From assembly GCA_030038195.1 (NCBI GenBank), contig JASHPJ010000132.1, positions 23,529 to 87,528 on the forward strand: 64,000 nt of DNA, given 5' to 3'. Each line of letters opens with the position of its first letter. Within the stretch, counting starts at the first letter, position 1. The notes beneath the pieces were generated by a model that worked only from the letters and a program-made list of their open reading frames with translations, was not told the origin of the DNA and did no database searches. Position numbers and translations under genes: made by a program. Below are positions 49,643 through 58,626 of this stretch, piece by piece. The DNA is from Acidobacteriaceae bacterium (GTDB lineage: Bacteria; Acidobacteriota; Terriglobia; Terriglobales; Acidobacteriaceae).

Positions 49643-50176
49643 TCAGGCCCGGCGCAGGCGGAACTCTTCGCCCATCGCCAGCACGGTTTCTTTGCCCAGC
49701 AGTCGAGCCGCCCGCGGAAAGACCACCTGCTCCTCGATCTGGATGTGTTCCGCGTAGAGCTGTTTGAGCCTTTGCGTTGCGGACCGGAGCTCGTCGTACT
49801 CGGCCTGCTGGAACGCACCGGCCTCAATCCATCGCCGATAAAGGGTCTCCGCGGCATTGTGCAGGCCTTCGGCAGTCTGGTGGTCGTGCTCCAGGCCGGC
49901 AAGCTCTTCGAGCGCGCCGACCGCGTCTTCCTGGCGCAGGCGCGGGAACAGGGATTCTTCCTCGTCGGCGTTATGCCGTTTTCCGCCCACGTGGAAGTAG
50001 CGGATGGCGGCCTCGACGGCTGCGATCTCCTCGGCAGAGAGTGCACGGCCCTGCGCGCGGTCAACGACCGTGCAGAGAATGCCGAGGAAGTGCTCGATTC
50101 TGCGATGACAGTCCTTCAACATCCCAATCGGGTCGTCGAAACCGCTGTCCGGCTTGGCGCCAATCTGTATACCCAT
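49643..50176 (-). CDS. Hemerythrin (HHE cation-binding) domain protein
   Basis: CHRRIE, HNADEEESLFP, EHDH and HIQIEEQVVFP motifs. Confidence 0.88.
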   Translation of the reverse strand: MGIQIGAKPDSGFDDPIGMLKDCHRRIEHFLGILCTVVDRAQGRALSAEEIAAVEAAIRYFHVGGKRHNADEEESLFPRLRQEDAVGALEELAGLEHDHQTAEGLHNAAETLYRRWIEAGAFQQAEYDELRSATQRLKQLYAEHIQIEEQVVFPRAARLLGKETVLAMGEEFRLRRA

Positions 50177-50318
50177 CTGCAATGTTCTCCGGCAACCACA
50201 AAAGATAAGCGCGCGCCGCCAAACGGGGTCGGCGGCGGCGCCCGCATGGCTCTATCAGACTCTTGGACGCGCCTGCCCGGCAGTGACGAAAGTCTCTCCA
50301 GCGGTCAACCCGGCCCGG

Positions 50319-50699
50319 TCAGCAGATGCCGGCGTGCTGTGGATTCTCGAAGGTGTCCGGCTGGTCCTCGCCGGCTGCTTCGATGCAGGCAAAGTCTTTT
50401 TCCACAACGAGTGAGAACGCGCGGCTGCCGTGGCGCAGCTCTTTATAGACGCCCACGTGGTCTTCCTGGGCCCATGCGCGCGCATCGGCGGCGGCAAGCG
50501 CGACCACGATCTCACCGGGCTGGTAGCGCACGGACGTCTCGCCGGCTCCGGCGGCAATCTCAAGCGCGTAGGTGAGGGATGCCTCCGGCTTGGCGGAAAA
50601 ATGAATGGTCTCCTCAACCCGGCCGCCGGCAAGCAGGCGTGCAAGCTCAGGGCGCAGCACGCGCAGCCGCAGCGAGTCGCCTTTGATGCGCATCTTCAT
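50319..50699 (-). CDS. Conserved hypothetical protein (MK.RI.GDSLRLR family)
   Basis: 126-aa ORF with ATG start, LRLR N-terminus and LVVEKDFAC C-terminal motif. Confidence 0.65.
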   Translation of the reverse strand: MKMRIKGDSLRLRVLRPELARLLAGGRVEETIHFSAKPEASLTYALEIAAGAGETSVRYQPGEIVVALAAADARAWAQEDHVGVYKELRHGSRAFSLVVEKDFACIEAAGEDQPDTFENPQHAGIC

Positions 50700-50746
50700 G
50701 CCCGTCTCCTGTCACCATTATCGCCGACTGCCATCTGAGGATGAAA

Positions 50747-52246
50747 TCAAACTGAGGAGACGGCGGAATCTGCCAAGGCATGGGATGGAATGGGCGCGGC
50801 GCGCGGCAGGCGGACGATGGCAGTGGTTCCGTTGCCCGGCGCGCTCGCGAGATGGATCGACCCGCCCGCATGCTCGACGATGCCCCTGACGATGGCCAGG
50901 CCCAGGCCGGCGCCGCCGGTGGAGCGCGCGCGCGACGGATCGCCGCGGTAGAAACGGTCAAAGACGTACGGCAGCACCGCGGGATCGATGCCTTCGCCAC
51001 GGTCCACCACGCTGAACTCGATCGCCGCCGGGCTTTCGCCTGTTTCCGCATCCATGCGAATCTCAACCACCGACTCCGGCGGGCTGTGCTGGATGGCGTT
51101 GAGCAGCAGATTGGAGACAACCAGCCAGCAATCTTCCGCAGCGAGCGGAACCGGCATCGCTTCGGACAAGTTCACGGCATCGATCCGCACGCTACGCAGC
51201 GCAGCGACGGTGGCCAGCTCGTCCGCCGCGCGCCGCAGGCACCCGGCCAGGTCGCAGGCCTGCGCAGAGCCGACGGCGACGGCGCCATCTTCCACGCGGG
51301 CCAGGGTGAGCATCTTGCCCACCAGCTCTTCCAGGCGCTCGGCATCTGCCACGCAGCGCGCCAGGCCCGCCTGCCACTCGGCCACGGTGCGCGGGCGCAG
51401 GCTGAGCAGTTGCAGGGATGACTTGATCACCGCAACGGCAGTCTTGAGCTCGTGGGCCGCGTCGGAAACGAACGTGCGCTGCTGCACAAACGACCGCTCC
51501 AGGCGCGCCAACGTGTTTTCGAGCGCCTGCGTGAGCGGAGCCAGCTCCGGCGTGGTGCGCGCAGACTCGGGCGGATCGAAATGCCAGTCGTTTGCGGTGA
51601 TGCCTGACGCGAGCGCGGCCAACTGCCGCAGCGGAAGTAGGCCGCGGTGCAGCAGCCAGGCAATGAGCGGGCCGGTGATGGCCAGCAGCAGGATGCTGCC
51701 GGCGGCATAGAACTCCACGGCGCTGTCGATGGCATGCCATACGCGGTCTGAAGGCGCGCCGTAGAGGATCGTGATGGAATGCACCTTGCCGCCGCCGGGC
51801 TCGCCGGGATCGACGATGCGCGAGCCGTGGAGCAGGACGAATCCATAGCGCCGGCGGCCGATCTTAAGGTGCGAGAACGTGTTGCTGGCCGTGGCCGCAA
51901 GCTGCGCCGGCGCGGCCGCGACGAGGCCTTTGGCATCTTCCGCGGGCCAGTTTGAGGAACGCCCAAGCAGCCGCTTCACGCCGTCGTCGTAGACCTCGTA
52001 GAGGTCTTCTCCCGGCACGTGCAGGTCGGCCCGGTCGAGGATCACATTGTCGTTCACGTCATCGGCGTCCTGCACGGCACCCAGCACGGAGTCCGCGCGG
52101 CCGCGCAGCACGGCGTCGAAGGAGCTCAAGTGGATGTGGCGCTCGTAGACCAGTGACAGCGCAGCCACCAGCAGCGAAGAAACCAGCTCTACCGCCAGCA
52201 CCGCGGCGATGAGCTGAAAGGCGATGCTTTTGCGTGCAGTCTTCAT
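50747..52246 (-). CDS. Sensor histidine kinase (2 TM, HAMP, HisKA, HATPase)
   Basis: FVSDAAHELKT, NLLLNAIQH, DRGEGI, FDRFYR and GAGLGLAI. Confidence 0.93.
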   Translation of the reverse strand: MKTARKSIAFQLIAAVLAVELVSSLLVAALSLVYERHIHLSSFDAVLRGRADSVLGAVQDADDVNDNVILDRADLHVPGEDLYEVYDDGVKRLLGRSSNWPAEDAKGLVAAAPAQLAATASNTFSHLKIGRRRYGFVLLHGSRIVDPGEPGGGKVHSITILYGAPSDRVWHAIDSAVEFYAAGSILLLAITGPLIAWLLHRGLLPLRQLAALASGITANDWHFDPPESARTTPELAPLTQALENTLARLERSFVQQRTFVSDAAHELKTAVAVIKSSLQLLSLRPRTVAEWQAGLARCVADAERLEELVGKMLTLARVEDGAVAVGSAQACDLAGCLRRAADELATVAALRSVRIDAVNLSEAMPVPLAAEDCWLVVSNLLLNAIQHSPPESVVEIRMDAETGESPAAIEFSVVDRGEGIDPAVLPYVFDRFYRGDPSRARSTGGAGLGLAIVRGIVEHAGGSIHLASAPGNGTTAIVRLPRAAPIPSHALADSAVSSV

Positions 52247-52932
52247 GCGCTTTGCCCGAGACAGAGCCTGTAGCCGCGTCCGCGCATGGTTTCGATCACC
52301 GGCTCGGCGCCGGGCGCCGCGGCTTCAAGCTTTTTGCGCAGGTTGGAGACGTGGGCCTCGATCACGTTGGAATGATGCTCCCAGTTGTAGTCGTAGAGAT
52401 GCTCGAGAAGCTCGCGCTTGGAAAAGATGCGCCGTGGATGGTAAATCAGGTATTCGAGGATGCGGTACTCGGTGGGCGAAAGATCGACAGCCACGCCGTT
52501 GCGGTGTACTGACTGCTCGAACGTGTTCACCTCGAGATCGAGCGCGCTGAGCGTGGGATGCGCCGCGCCCTTGCCGCGCCGGATAAGCGCCTTGGCGCGC
52601 GCGATCAGCTCGCCCAGATCAAAGGGTTTGGCGAGATAGTCGTCGGCGCCGGCATTGAGCAGCTCCACAATCGTGGACTTGCCCTCTTTGGCGGTAAGAA
52701 TCAGCACGGGTGTGGAATCGCGGCGCCCGCGCAAACGGCGCAGGAGGGCGAGGCCGTCGAGCTTGGGCAGCATCAGGTCGAGCACGATGAGGTCGTAGCA
52801 GCGGTAGCCGGCCATTGCGTCGCCAGTGAGGCCGTCGGCCGCGCAGTCCACGGCGAGGCCCGGCCCCTCGCGCAGCGCGGCGGCCAGGTTTTCCGCCAGG
52901 CGAGCCTCGTCTTCCACGATCAGCACCCGCAT
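52243..52932 (-). CDS. OmpR/PhoB-family response regulator
   Basis: LIVEDE, LDLMLP, GADDYLAKPF and IETMRGRGY. Confidence 0.95.
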   Translation of the reverse strand: MRVLIVEDEARLAENLAAALREGPGLAVDCAADGLTGDAMAGYRCYDLIVLDLMLPKLDGLALLRRLRGRRDSTPVLILTAKEGKSTIVELLNAGADDYLAKPFDLGELIARAKALIRRGKGAAHPTLSALDLEVNTFEQSVHRNGVAVDLSPTEYRILEYLIYHPRRIFSKRELLEHLYDYNWEHHSNVIEAHVSNLRKKLEAAAPGAEPVIETMRGRGYRLCLGQSA

Positions 52933-53058
52933 GGGTAGAGTATCTCCGATAGAAGTATGGTCCGGGGAAGATTAAAACAGGCTGAAGCCGGGACCGGATT
53001 GCGGCCCTGTGCATTTACTCTCATAGCTGCGGGCATTCGACACGCCAAGGAAGATTCA

Positions 53059-54345
53059 TTGCGCATTGTTCTTTCGAATATTGGCACCTTCGGCGACATC
53101 AATCCCCTGGTGGCCATTGCGCTTGAGCTCAAGCGGCGCGGCCATGCGCCGGTGATGACGCTGCCCGCCGTCTACGCGCCCAAGATCGTTCCGCTCGGTC
53201 TCGAGTTTCACCCGCTGCGCCCGGATATCGACCCCACCAACACCATGCTGGTGGAGATGGTCTATGACGTGAACAAGGGCACCGAGACCGGCCTGCGCAA
53301 ATTTCTGTTTCCTGTGTTGCGCGAGACGTATGCCGACCTGTTGGACGCGGCCACCAGGCCGGTGCGCGCTGATCTGCTGCTGCTGGGCGAATTGAACTAC
53401 GCGGGCCCGCTGGTGGCCGAGATCACCGGCATTCCCTGGGCCAGCTACGTGCTGGCGCCGTTCTCGTTTTTCTCGGCCTTCGATCCGCCGGTGCTGCCGC
53501 CGTATCCCAGGCTGGCGCGGGCCGACAAGGTAGTGCCGGGGATGGGCCGCGGCATCCAGCGGCTGGCGCGCTTTGTCACGCGCAGATGGCCGGAGCCGAT
53601 CTACAAGCTGCGCCGCGAACTGGGCCTGCCTATGGGACCCAACCCGATCTTCGACGCCAAGCACTCGCCCAACCTGGTGCTGGCGCTGTTTTCGCGCGTG
53701 CTGGGCGTGGCGCAGAAAGACTGGCCGGCGCATACGTTGATCAGCGGCTTCTGCTTTTACGACGCCGATGCCGGCAATGCGGCTCTTCCGCCGCACCTGG
53801 AAGAATTTGTGTCTGCAGGCGAGCCGCCGGTGGTTTTTACGCTGGGCTCGGCCGCGGTGCTCGCGGCAGGGGATTTTTACGAGCAGTCGGCGCGCGCGGC
53901 CATGCGGCTGGGCGTGCGCGCCGTGCTGCTCATTGGCAACGACCCGCGCAACAAGCCGCGCCAGGCGCTGCCCGGCTCGATCTGCGTGGCGGAGTACGCG
54001 CCCTACTCAGCCTTGTTTCCGCGCGCCAGGCTCGTCGTGCACCAGGGCGGCGTGGGAACCACGGCACAGTGCCTGCGCGCGGGCCGGCCGATGCTCATCA
54101 TGCCTTACTCGCACGACCAGCCGGACAATGCGCGGCGCATGAAACGGCTGGGCGTGGCGCGCGCCATCCAGCGCGCCAGCTACAAGCCATGGCGCGTGGC
54201 GCGCACGGTGCGCGCCATGCTGGCCGGCCATGCGTATGAGCAGAACGCGCAAAACGCCGCCCGCGCGCTGGCGCAGGAAGACGGCGTCAAGACAGCCTCC
54301 AACGCGCTGGAGCAGTTATGCGCGCGGATGCGCGCCCTGCGATGA
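53059..54345 (+). CDS. GT1/GT-B glycosyltransferase (UDP-sugar dependent)
   Basis: GTFGDINP, VFTLGS, HQGGVGTT and PYSHDQPDNA. TTG start inferred. Confidence 0.88.
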   Translation: MRIVLSNIGTFGDINPLVAIALELKRRGHAPVMTLPAVYAPKIVPLGLEFHPLRPDIDPTNTMLVEMVYDVNKGTETGLRKFLFPVLRETYADLLDAATRPVRADLLLLGELNYAGPLVAEITGIPWASYVLAPFSFFSAFDPPVLPPYPRLARADKVVPGMGRGIQRLARFVTRRWPEPIYKLRRELGLPMGPNPIFDAKHSPNLVLALFSRVLGVAQKDWPAHTLISGFCFYDADAGNAALPPHLEEFVSAGEPPVVFTLGSAAVLAAGDFYEQSARAAMRLGVRAVLLIGNDPRNKPRQALPGSICVAEYAPYSALFPRARLVVHQGGVGTTAQCLRAGRPMLIMPYSHDQPDNARRMKRLGVARAIQRASYKPWRVARTVRAMLAGHAYEQNAQNAARALAQEDGVKTASNALEQLCARMRALR

Positions 54346-54522
54346 ACGATTGCCTGGCAAGGATGCCTACACTCGGAAAAATAGCTTTTATGTTATGAAC
54401 CACAATCGTGTGTGAAGAAAGCGACTAACCCCGGGCTCAATCGTCTATATCCGCATTGAGACAGCCTCCGGAAAGGTGTGTTGCGGAGACGAACGCAAAC
54501 CCCAGCTTAGGAGCTTATCTTC

Positions 54523-55173
54523 ATGTTGAAACACGGAACCACACTTTCTTTTTCGATTGCAGCAGCTTGTTTTGCCTTACTCACTCCAGGACTTGCCCTG
54601 GCCGAGAATCCGAACGCCAGTACTTCTCCCGGCACTGCCGCAAACTCCACCGCCGTTTCACAGTCTGTGCAGCAGGAAGCGGCACAGATGGTGCCAGCGC
54701 AGGCGCGCCTGGTGAAGACCATCGATGCGCAAAAAGCGCAAGCAGGTGGCCAGTTTGAGGCCGTCGTGGATGGAACGGTGCGACTCAAGGACGGTACTGA
54801 GCTGCCGCACGGCACAGTGCTGATTGGCAAGATCGCCGCCGACCAGATGCATCCCGACGGCACCTCGCGGCTGGCGCTTCGCTTTACTGAAGCAAAGCTC
54901 AAGGATGGCAAGACCCTGCCCATCCGCGCCATGATTGCCGGAGTGGCTGCGCCCTCTTACGGCTCCGATTTCACGGACGGCGAAGCTACCCTGCCCACCT
55001 GGAGCCATAGCACGCTGCAGGTTGACGAGATTGGAGCCCTGAATCATGTTGACCTGCACAGCAGGATCGCCGGCCAGAACTCCGGAGTATTTATTGCCAC
55101 CAAGAAAGACAATGTAAAGTTGGCCGCCGGCAGCCAGCTTTCGCTGGCCATCGCCGTGCAGGGCGGCGCATAG
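54523..55173 (+). CDS. Secreted hypothetical protein
   Basis: AGGAG RBS, signal peptide (GLALAE) and beta-rich body. Confidence 0.7.
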   Translation: MLKHGTTLSFSIAAACFALLTPGLALAENPNASTSPGTAANSTAVSQSVQQEAAQMVPAQARLVKTIDAQKAQAGGQFEAVVDGTVRLKDGTELPHGTVLIGKIAADQMHPDGTSRLALRFTEAKLKDGKTLPIRAMIAGVAAPSYGSDFTDGEATLPTWSHSTLQVDEIGALNHVDLHSRIAGQNSGVFIATKKDNVKLAAGSQLSLAIAVQGGA

Positions 55174-55198
55174 CCAGCTCCTGACCGATCCGATAACA

Positions 55199-55248
55199 TG
55201 CATATCTCCGGGGAATAAGCCGGGTAATCAGCTTGTCCGGAGATATGC
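55199..55248. repeat. 13-bp perfect inverted repeat
   Basis: TGCATATCTCCGG ... CCGGAGATATGCA between convergent genes; possible terminator or processing hairpin. Confidence 0.55.
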
Positions 55249-55261
55249 AGAGGACGAGTTA

Positions 55262-55530
55262 GAGCGGTTCCACAGCTCGTGTAACCCTTTCCGGCTGCTA
55301 GAGCAATTTCACAGATGATGTACTCCATCTCGAATCAGAAAAACAACCGCAGATCCTTCGACTCCCTCGCGCTTTCCCTCATTGCATGAGGGAAAACACT
55401 TGGTCGCTCAGGATGACAACGCGATGAAAGAGTACAGCAACTCTGAAAATGCTATAGCGAGATGGCTTTTTCTTGTTGAAAAAGCCACTTAGCTCCCCGG
55501 CTCCGGAGTACAGCAACTGTGAAACCGCTG
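55262..55530. mobile_element. Type E MITE-like element (outer) interrupted by a related element
   Basis: TIR GAGCGGTTCCACAGCTCGTGTA / TACAGCAACTGTGAAACCGCTG (17/22), TA flanks, internal TGGCTTTTTC...GAAAAAGCCA hairpin. Homologous to 43462-43575. Confidence 0.78.
55301..55454. mobile_element. Inner MITE-like element with type E ends carrying a GTCATCCTGAGCGA REP (55344-55420, minus)
   Basis: TIR GAGCAATTTCACAGATGATGTACTC / GAGTACAGCAACTCTGAAAATGCTA (20/25), TA duplicated at 55299-300 and 55455-56. Confidence 0.78.
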
Positions 55531-55578
55531 TAGCCGGCCACTTAGGGTGAAGATAGCCGCCGGCGCACCATGTTATTG

Positions 55579-56550
55579 TCAGCAGTTGGCTCCGGCCTTC
55601 GCCAGGCACCCTTTCAGTCCTTTCATGCTGATGCGGCTTGAGGCCTCGGGCGTGCCTGCACCCCTCCAGTGCGTCTCCAGGCTGACAGCGTAGTGATAGC
55701 CGTTGCGCTGGAAGGCGCGGAACTGGCCGATCCAGTCGATGATGCCTCCGCCCACCGGCGCCCACTCGAATTTGCCGCCGGGTTTGCGGATCGTGTCTTT
55801 GCAGTGGCAGTGGCCGATGCGCTCCTTGGGCAGCAGGTTGTAGTCATCGGGGTACGGCGTGTCGCCGGGGAAGGTTGCCGAGTTGCCGGGGTCCCAGTTG
55901 AGCATGAAGTTCGGCTCGTGAATCTCGGCAAGCACGGCCGCAGCTTCTTTTCCGCTGCCGGTGTTGCAGGCCATTTCATTTTCGAGCAGCAGGATGAGAT
56001 TGTGTTTCGCGCAGGCGCGTGCAGCCTGGCGCAGCTTGTCGTTGATCGCGGCGCGATAGGGCGCCTGGTTGTCGAGCCGCCAGAAGTCGAAGCAGCGGAT
56101 GCGGTCGGTCTGGAAAGCCTTGGCCAGATTGATACAGCGGTCGAGCACATCGTCCTGCTGCTTGAAGTCGAAGTCGGCGTGGAACTGGTCGCGCTTGGGC
56201 CCGTGCGAGGACTGCGGCGCGCTCGGCCAGTTCACCTTGAACAGCGGACTGGCGATATCCGTGACGCGCAGCCTGTACTTTTCCAGTATCTTGCGAGCCC
56301 GGTCTATCTCATCCGAGTTAAGGTCTGTAACATTTTTGTTCCACATGCCGCGAATTTCGATCCATTGCAGGCCGAAGTCGTTGGCGGCGACCGAGCAGGC
56401 GTGGTCGAAGTCCTGCGAAATTTCATCGTTGATGACGGAAAGACGGAAAGGGCAGCTCGTAGAGACTGCCGCGAAGCCGGCACGCGGCGCAGCAGCCAGT
56501 GCCCCCGCGCTGGCAAGACCGGCCAGAAACGTCCGGCGCGAAGTGGACAT
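55579..56550 (-). CDS. Sugar phosphate isomerase/epimerase (TIM barrel) with Tat signal
   Basis: SRRTFL Tat motif, LLLENE, NWDPGN, HCHCKD and SLETH. Confidence 0.88.
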   Translation of the reverse strand: MSTSRRTFLAGLASAGALAAAPRAGFAAVSTSCPFRLSVINDEISQDFDHACSVAANDFGLQWIEIRGMWNKNVTDLNSDEIDRARKILEKYRLRVTDIASPLFKVNWPSAPQSSHGPKRDQFHADFDFKQQDDVLDRCINLAKAFQTDRIRCFDFWRLDNQAPYRAAINDKLRQAARACAKHNLILLLENEMACNTGSGKEAAAVLAEIHEPNFMLNWDPGNSATFPGDTPYPDDYNLLPKERIGHCHCKDTIRKPGGKFEWAPVGGGIIDWIGQFRAFQRNGYHYAVSLETHWRGAGTPEASSRISMKGLKGCLAKAGANC

Positions 56551-56637
56551 AGGATTTTTCCTCCATGGAAATAGAACGCGCCGCAGGACGGCGTTCCGCT
56601 TGCGCCAGAGATTATAGCCGCTTGCCTGCCCGTGCAT

Positions 56638-57726
56638 TTATCTCCGCGCGTACTCCCGGGTTTCGCCCGTGCGCGTATTGGTCACGGAGAAATCCCCGTT
56701 CGGCGCGGCAATCACCTTCAGATAGGCCCCATCCTGCGCGCTGCCGGCCGGATTGGCGATCAGCGCCGCAGGGCTGTTGTGCGCGGCGTCGGAGTCTTCC
56801 GCCGTGTGAAGCTGCCACAGGTCGATCAGTCCGGGGCTGTCATGCACGGTCTGCCACGCCTCCGGCATGCCGGCTTTGTGCGCGCCGTTGTTCATGATGG
56901 CCGCGCGCGGATGCACGGCGTCCACAATGGCGCGCGAGTTTGACAGGTTCATGCCATGATGCGTCACCAGGTAGAGGTCCACCGCGCCGATGGGATTTTT
57001 CGGGCAGACCAGCGCAACTTCCTTCTGCCCGGTCAGGTCGCCCAGGTCGAGAAAACGGAATTTGCCGAAGGTGACCAGAATGCCGGCCGAGCGCGCATTC
57101 TCGCTGGGATCGGCGGGCCACTGCCGCTCGGTGGCGCAGTAGGGATTAGGCGTGGGCGGAATGCCCGGCACCGCATCGATATGCTTGCCGTCGGCGGTGA
57201 GAACCACCACGCTGAGGCCGGGAATGGCGATGGTATCGCCGGGATGCACGACACGGTGCGGCTTGTTTCCAATGGCCTGCAGATAGGCTGCGTAGCCGGC
57301 GCGCGTGCTGTCGGAGTCCTCGCGGTTGGGCCCGTGATCGAGGAACTCGCCGATCGGAACGCGCTTTACCAGCTCCGGCACGCCGCCCACGTGATCCACG
57401 TGATAGTGCGTGATCAGCAGGTGATCGATGCGGTTGATGCCTGCGTCGCGCATGGCCGCCTGAATGCGGCCGGCGTCGCGGCCGTCATGATCCGACCATC
57501 CGGCATCGACCAGGAGGGAAGCCCCGGAAGGAGACACGAGCAGCGTAGACTGGCCGCCTTCCACGTCGATGGAATAGATGAGCAGGTGGCGGGCCTTTGC
57601 CTGCGCTGAAGCGGACGGCGCCGGGGCCAGGCAAAGCAGCAGAAGAAGAAGAACGCATGCACCCGCGAGACGGCCGGCGAGCGCGCCCGCAGCAAATTCA
57701 GAGCGTGTTTGAAGAGCAGTTTTCAT
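56638..57726 (-). CDS. Secreted metallo-beta-lactamase-fold hydrolase (ComEC/Rec2-like)
   Basis: IDVEGGQS, LVDAG, THYHVDHVGG, GDL and HHG. Confidence 0.85.
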   Translation of the reverse strand: MKTALQTRSEFAAGALAGRLAGACVLLLLLLCLAPAPSASAQAKARHLLIYSIDVEGGQSTLLVSPSGASLLVDAGWSDHDGRDAGRIQAAMRDAGINRIDHLLITHYHVDHVGGVPELVKRVPIGEFLDHGPNREDSDSTRAGYAAYLQAIGNKPHRVVHPGDTIAIPGLSVVVLTADGKHIDAVPGIPPTPNPYCATERQWPADPSENARSAGILVTFGKFRFLDLGDLTGQKEVALVCPKNPIGAVDLYLVTHHGMNLSNSRAIVDAVHPRAAIMNNGAHKAGMPEAWQTVHDSPGLIDLWQLHTAEDSDAAHNSPAALIANPAGSAQDGAYLKVIAAPNGDFSVTNTRTGETREYARR

Positions 57727-57845
57727 TTGCGCAAAAGTGTAATCGAGCCGGGCAGGAGACGGAAATCGGCTTGCAGCTCACATTTTGAGCCGGCTTCACG
57801 CTCGCCGACCCGTCTTTGGCATCCAAGCACAGAGGAGCGGAGCCA

Positions 57846-58616
57846 ATGCAGCGATTGGAAGGAAGAGTGGCTATCGTTACCGGAGCTGGCACCGGCATCG
57901 GACAGGCGATTGCGGATCGCCTGGGCAGCGAGGGCGCGAAGGTCGTCGTCGATTACGTGGGCAAGCCGGATGGCGCGGAAGAGACGCTGCGCCCCATTGA
58001 GCAGTCCGGCGGCGAGGGCGAGATGGTGAGCGCCGACATCACGCGCGACGACGACGTGCGCCGCCTTGTGGACGCTGCGTGGAACCGCTTCGGCGCAGCC
58101 GACATCCTGGTGAACAACGCCGGCATGGAGATCGAATCTGGCTTTTGCGACGTGACGGAAGCAGACTACGACCGCGTGATGAGCGTAAACCTGCGCGGCG
58201 CGTTTTTTCTCACGCAGGCTTTTGTGCGCCGGCTGCGCGACACGAAGAAGCCGGGCCGCATCGTCAACATCAGCTCGGTGCATGAAGACATGGCCTTCCC
58301 CAACTTTTCCACCTATTGCTGTAGCAAGGGCGGCCTGCGCATGCTCATGCGCGACCTGGCCGTGGAACTGGGTCCGCTTGGCATTACCGTGAATAATGTC
58401 GCTCCGGGTGCGATTCAAACGCCGATCAACAAGGCACTGCTGGCCGACAAGCCCAAGCTGAATGCGCTGCTGGCCAAGATTCCCCTGGGCCGGCTGGGCA
58501 CGCCGGAAGATGTTGCCGGCCTGGTGGCGTTTCTGGCTTCAGAAGACGCGGCGTACATAACCGGCGCAACCTTTGTCGTCGATGGCGGGCTGATGCGCGA
58601 CTATCACGAGCAATAA
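57846..58616 (+). CDS. Glucose 1-dehydrogenase-like SDR oxidoreductase
   Basis: VTGAGTGIG, NNAG, NISSVHE, YCCSK and IQTPIN. Confidence 0.85.
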   Translation: MQRLEGRVAIVTGAGTGIGQAIADRLGSEGAKVVVDYVGKPDGAEETLRPIEQSGGEGEMVSADITRDDDVRRLVDAAWNRFGAADILVNNAGMEIESGFCDVTEADYDRVMSVNLRGAFFLTQAFVRRLRDTKKPGRIVNISSVHEDMAFPNFSTYCCSKGGLRMLMRDLAVELGPLGITVNNVAPGAIQTPINKALLADKPKLNALLAKIPLGRLGTPEDVAGLVAFLASEDAAYITGATFVVDGGLMRDYHEQ

Positions 58617-58626
58617 AAACAGGACC

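Noticed and set aside
54421-54510. Two hairpins and GACAGCC / ACGCAAA words upstream of the 54523 gene, superficially like a c-di-GMP-I riboswitch
   Set aside because: The order and spacing of the GGCAAA, GNRA-loop and GACGCAAA elements do not fit and the stems are short. An Infernal scan would be needed.
56638-57726. ComEC/Rec2-like protein as a competence (DNA uptake) gene
   Set aside because: Only the MBL hydrolase domain with a signal peptide is present; the multi-TM competence channel is absent.
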